Made by a program: the position numbers and the translations under genes
DNA from: Hydractinia symbiolongicarpus
Taxonomy: Eukaryota
Direction of reading: 5' to 3'
Assembly: GCF_029227915.1 (NCBI RefSeq)
Contig: NC_079879.1
Coordinates: 27,507,095-27,571,094 of the forward strand
Length of the DNA: 64,000 nucleotides
The notes under the pieces: generated by a model
The model's input: the letters and a program-made list of their open reading frames with translations, nothing else
The model's database searches: none
What the model was told of the DNA's origin: nothing
Part shown: positions 63,645 through 64,000 of the stretch, piece after piece
How the letters are laid out: the number at the start of each line of letters is the position of its first letter
Numbering within the stretch: the first letter of the stretch is position 1

Positions 63645-64000
63645 TTTGTGCATAAACTATAATATGTTTACAAACTTGTTTTTGTCAAGATTTTCAGTTT
63701 CTTATAACATTGACATATAAATATATTAGTAGATAAAATATAACGAAATCCTTATTTCAAACTTTTCTTATACAGCAAAGTACAAAGAATAAAACAAATA
63801 TTGCGAACAAAAGTGAGAAATCAAACATCTAACTGCACTGTTTCAAAATAGCTTCGCCGCCACTACCATTAAGAAGTAGCTGCGAGACCGTTCCTTTTTG
63901 CAACAGCAACAACACCTGGGACACGGCTTCAAACCTGTTGATTGAATGAAATATATATCCGAGGCTTTCCCTTACATCTTAGAATATGAGAAAAGTGTTG

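Noticed and set aside
1-64000. Prokaryote-style features: operons, CRISPR arrays, defence systems, rRNA
   Set aside because: Coding signal occurs only as short exons flanked by GT..AG introns. Base composition and repeat content are typical of a metazoan nuclear genome. The tandem repeats at 6712, 8186, 58491 and 60340 lack the unique-spacer structure of CRISPR arrays. The ORF-track 'M' residues often correspond to GTG/TTG codons inside exons, not to real starts.

Overview
This window is AT-rich eukaryotic (metazoan, probably invertebrate) DNA. The evidence is short exons with canonical GT..AG introns (donors gtaagt/gtgagt/gtatgt, acceptors ttttag/tttcag), no operon-like packing, and many transposable-element relics. 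The ORF track appears to use bacterial start codons (GTG/TTG shown as 'M'), so its 'M' residues are not reliable starts.

Two cellular gene loci are supported. (1) The N-terminal and transmembrane part of a TRPM-family cation channel gene lies on the minus strand across ~1..11260. Its N-terminus is near 11.2 kb and its C-terminus runs off the window at position 1. At least 12 exons are recognisable and several splice junctions were traced by hand. (2) Three paralogous CD225/dispanin (IFITM/PRRT-like) small membrane-protein genes lie on the plus strand at 42.4-44.1 kb, 47.5-48.3 kb and 59.8-63.6 kb, each with exon 2 and exon 3 in the same phases.

The rest is a transposon landscape:
- a Crypton/DUF3504-like tyrosine-recombinase pseudogene at 20.7-21.9 kb;
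- a nested pile at 25-31 kb of a MITE, a Harbinger/PIF element with a DDE transposase, and a degraded LINE with APE endonuclease and reverse transcriptase;
- two converging Tc1/mariner relics around a central hairpin at 34.6-36.2 kb;
- a TIR-bounded MITE in intron 1 of the first CD225 paralog;
- a THAP-domain ORF followed by a second, different Harbinger-type transposase at 51.5-53.0 kb;
- a 1.5-kb palindromic foldback-like element at 53.5-55.0 kb, built from ~170-bp subrepeats that each carry a perfect TGACGTCA (CRE-like) palindrome, with solo relatives at 40.2 and 46.1-46.4 kb;
- a ~3.1-kb pogo/Tigger-like transposon with TIRs and subterminal 'ttttaatttcgcgg' repeats, inserted in intron 2 of the third CD225 paralog.

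No prokaryotic features (CRISPR, operons, rRNA) are present. All calls come from reading the sequence and from remembered family motifs; nothing was searched against a database.
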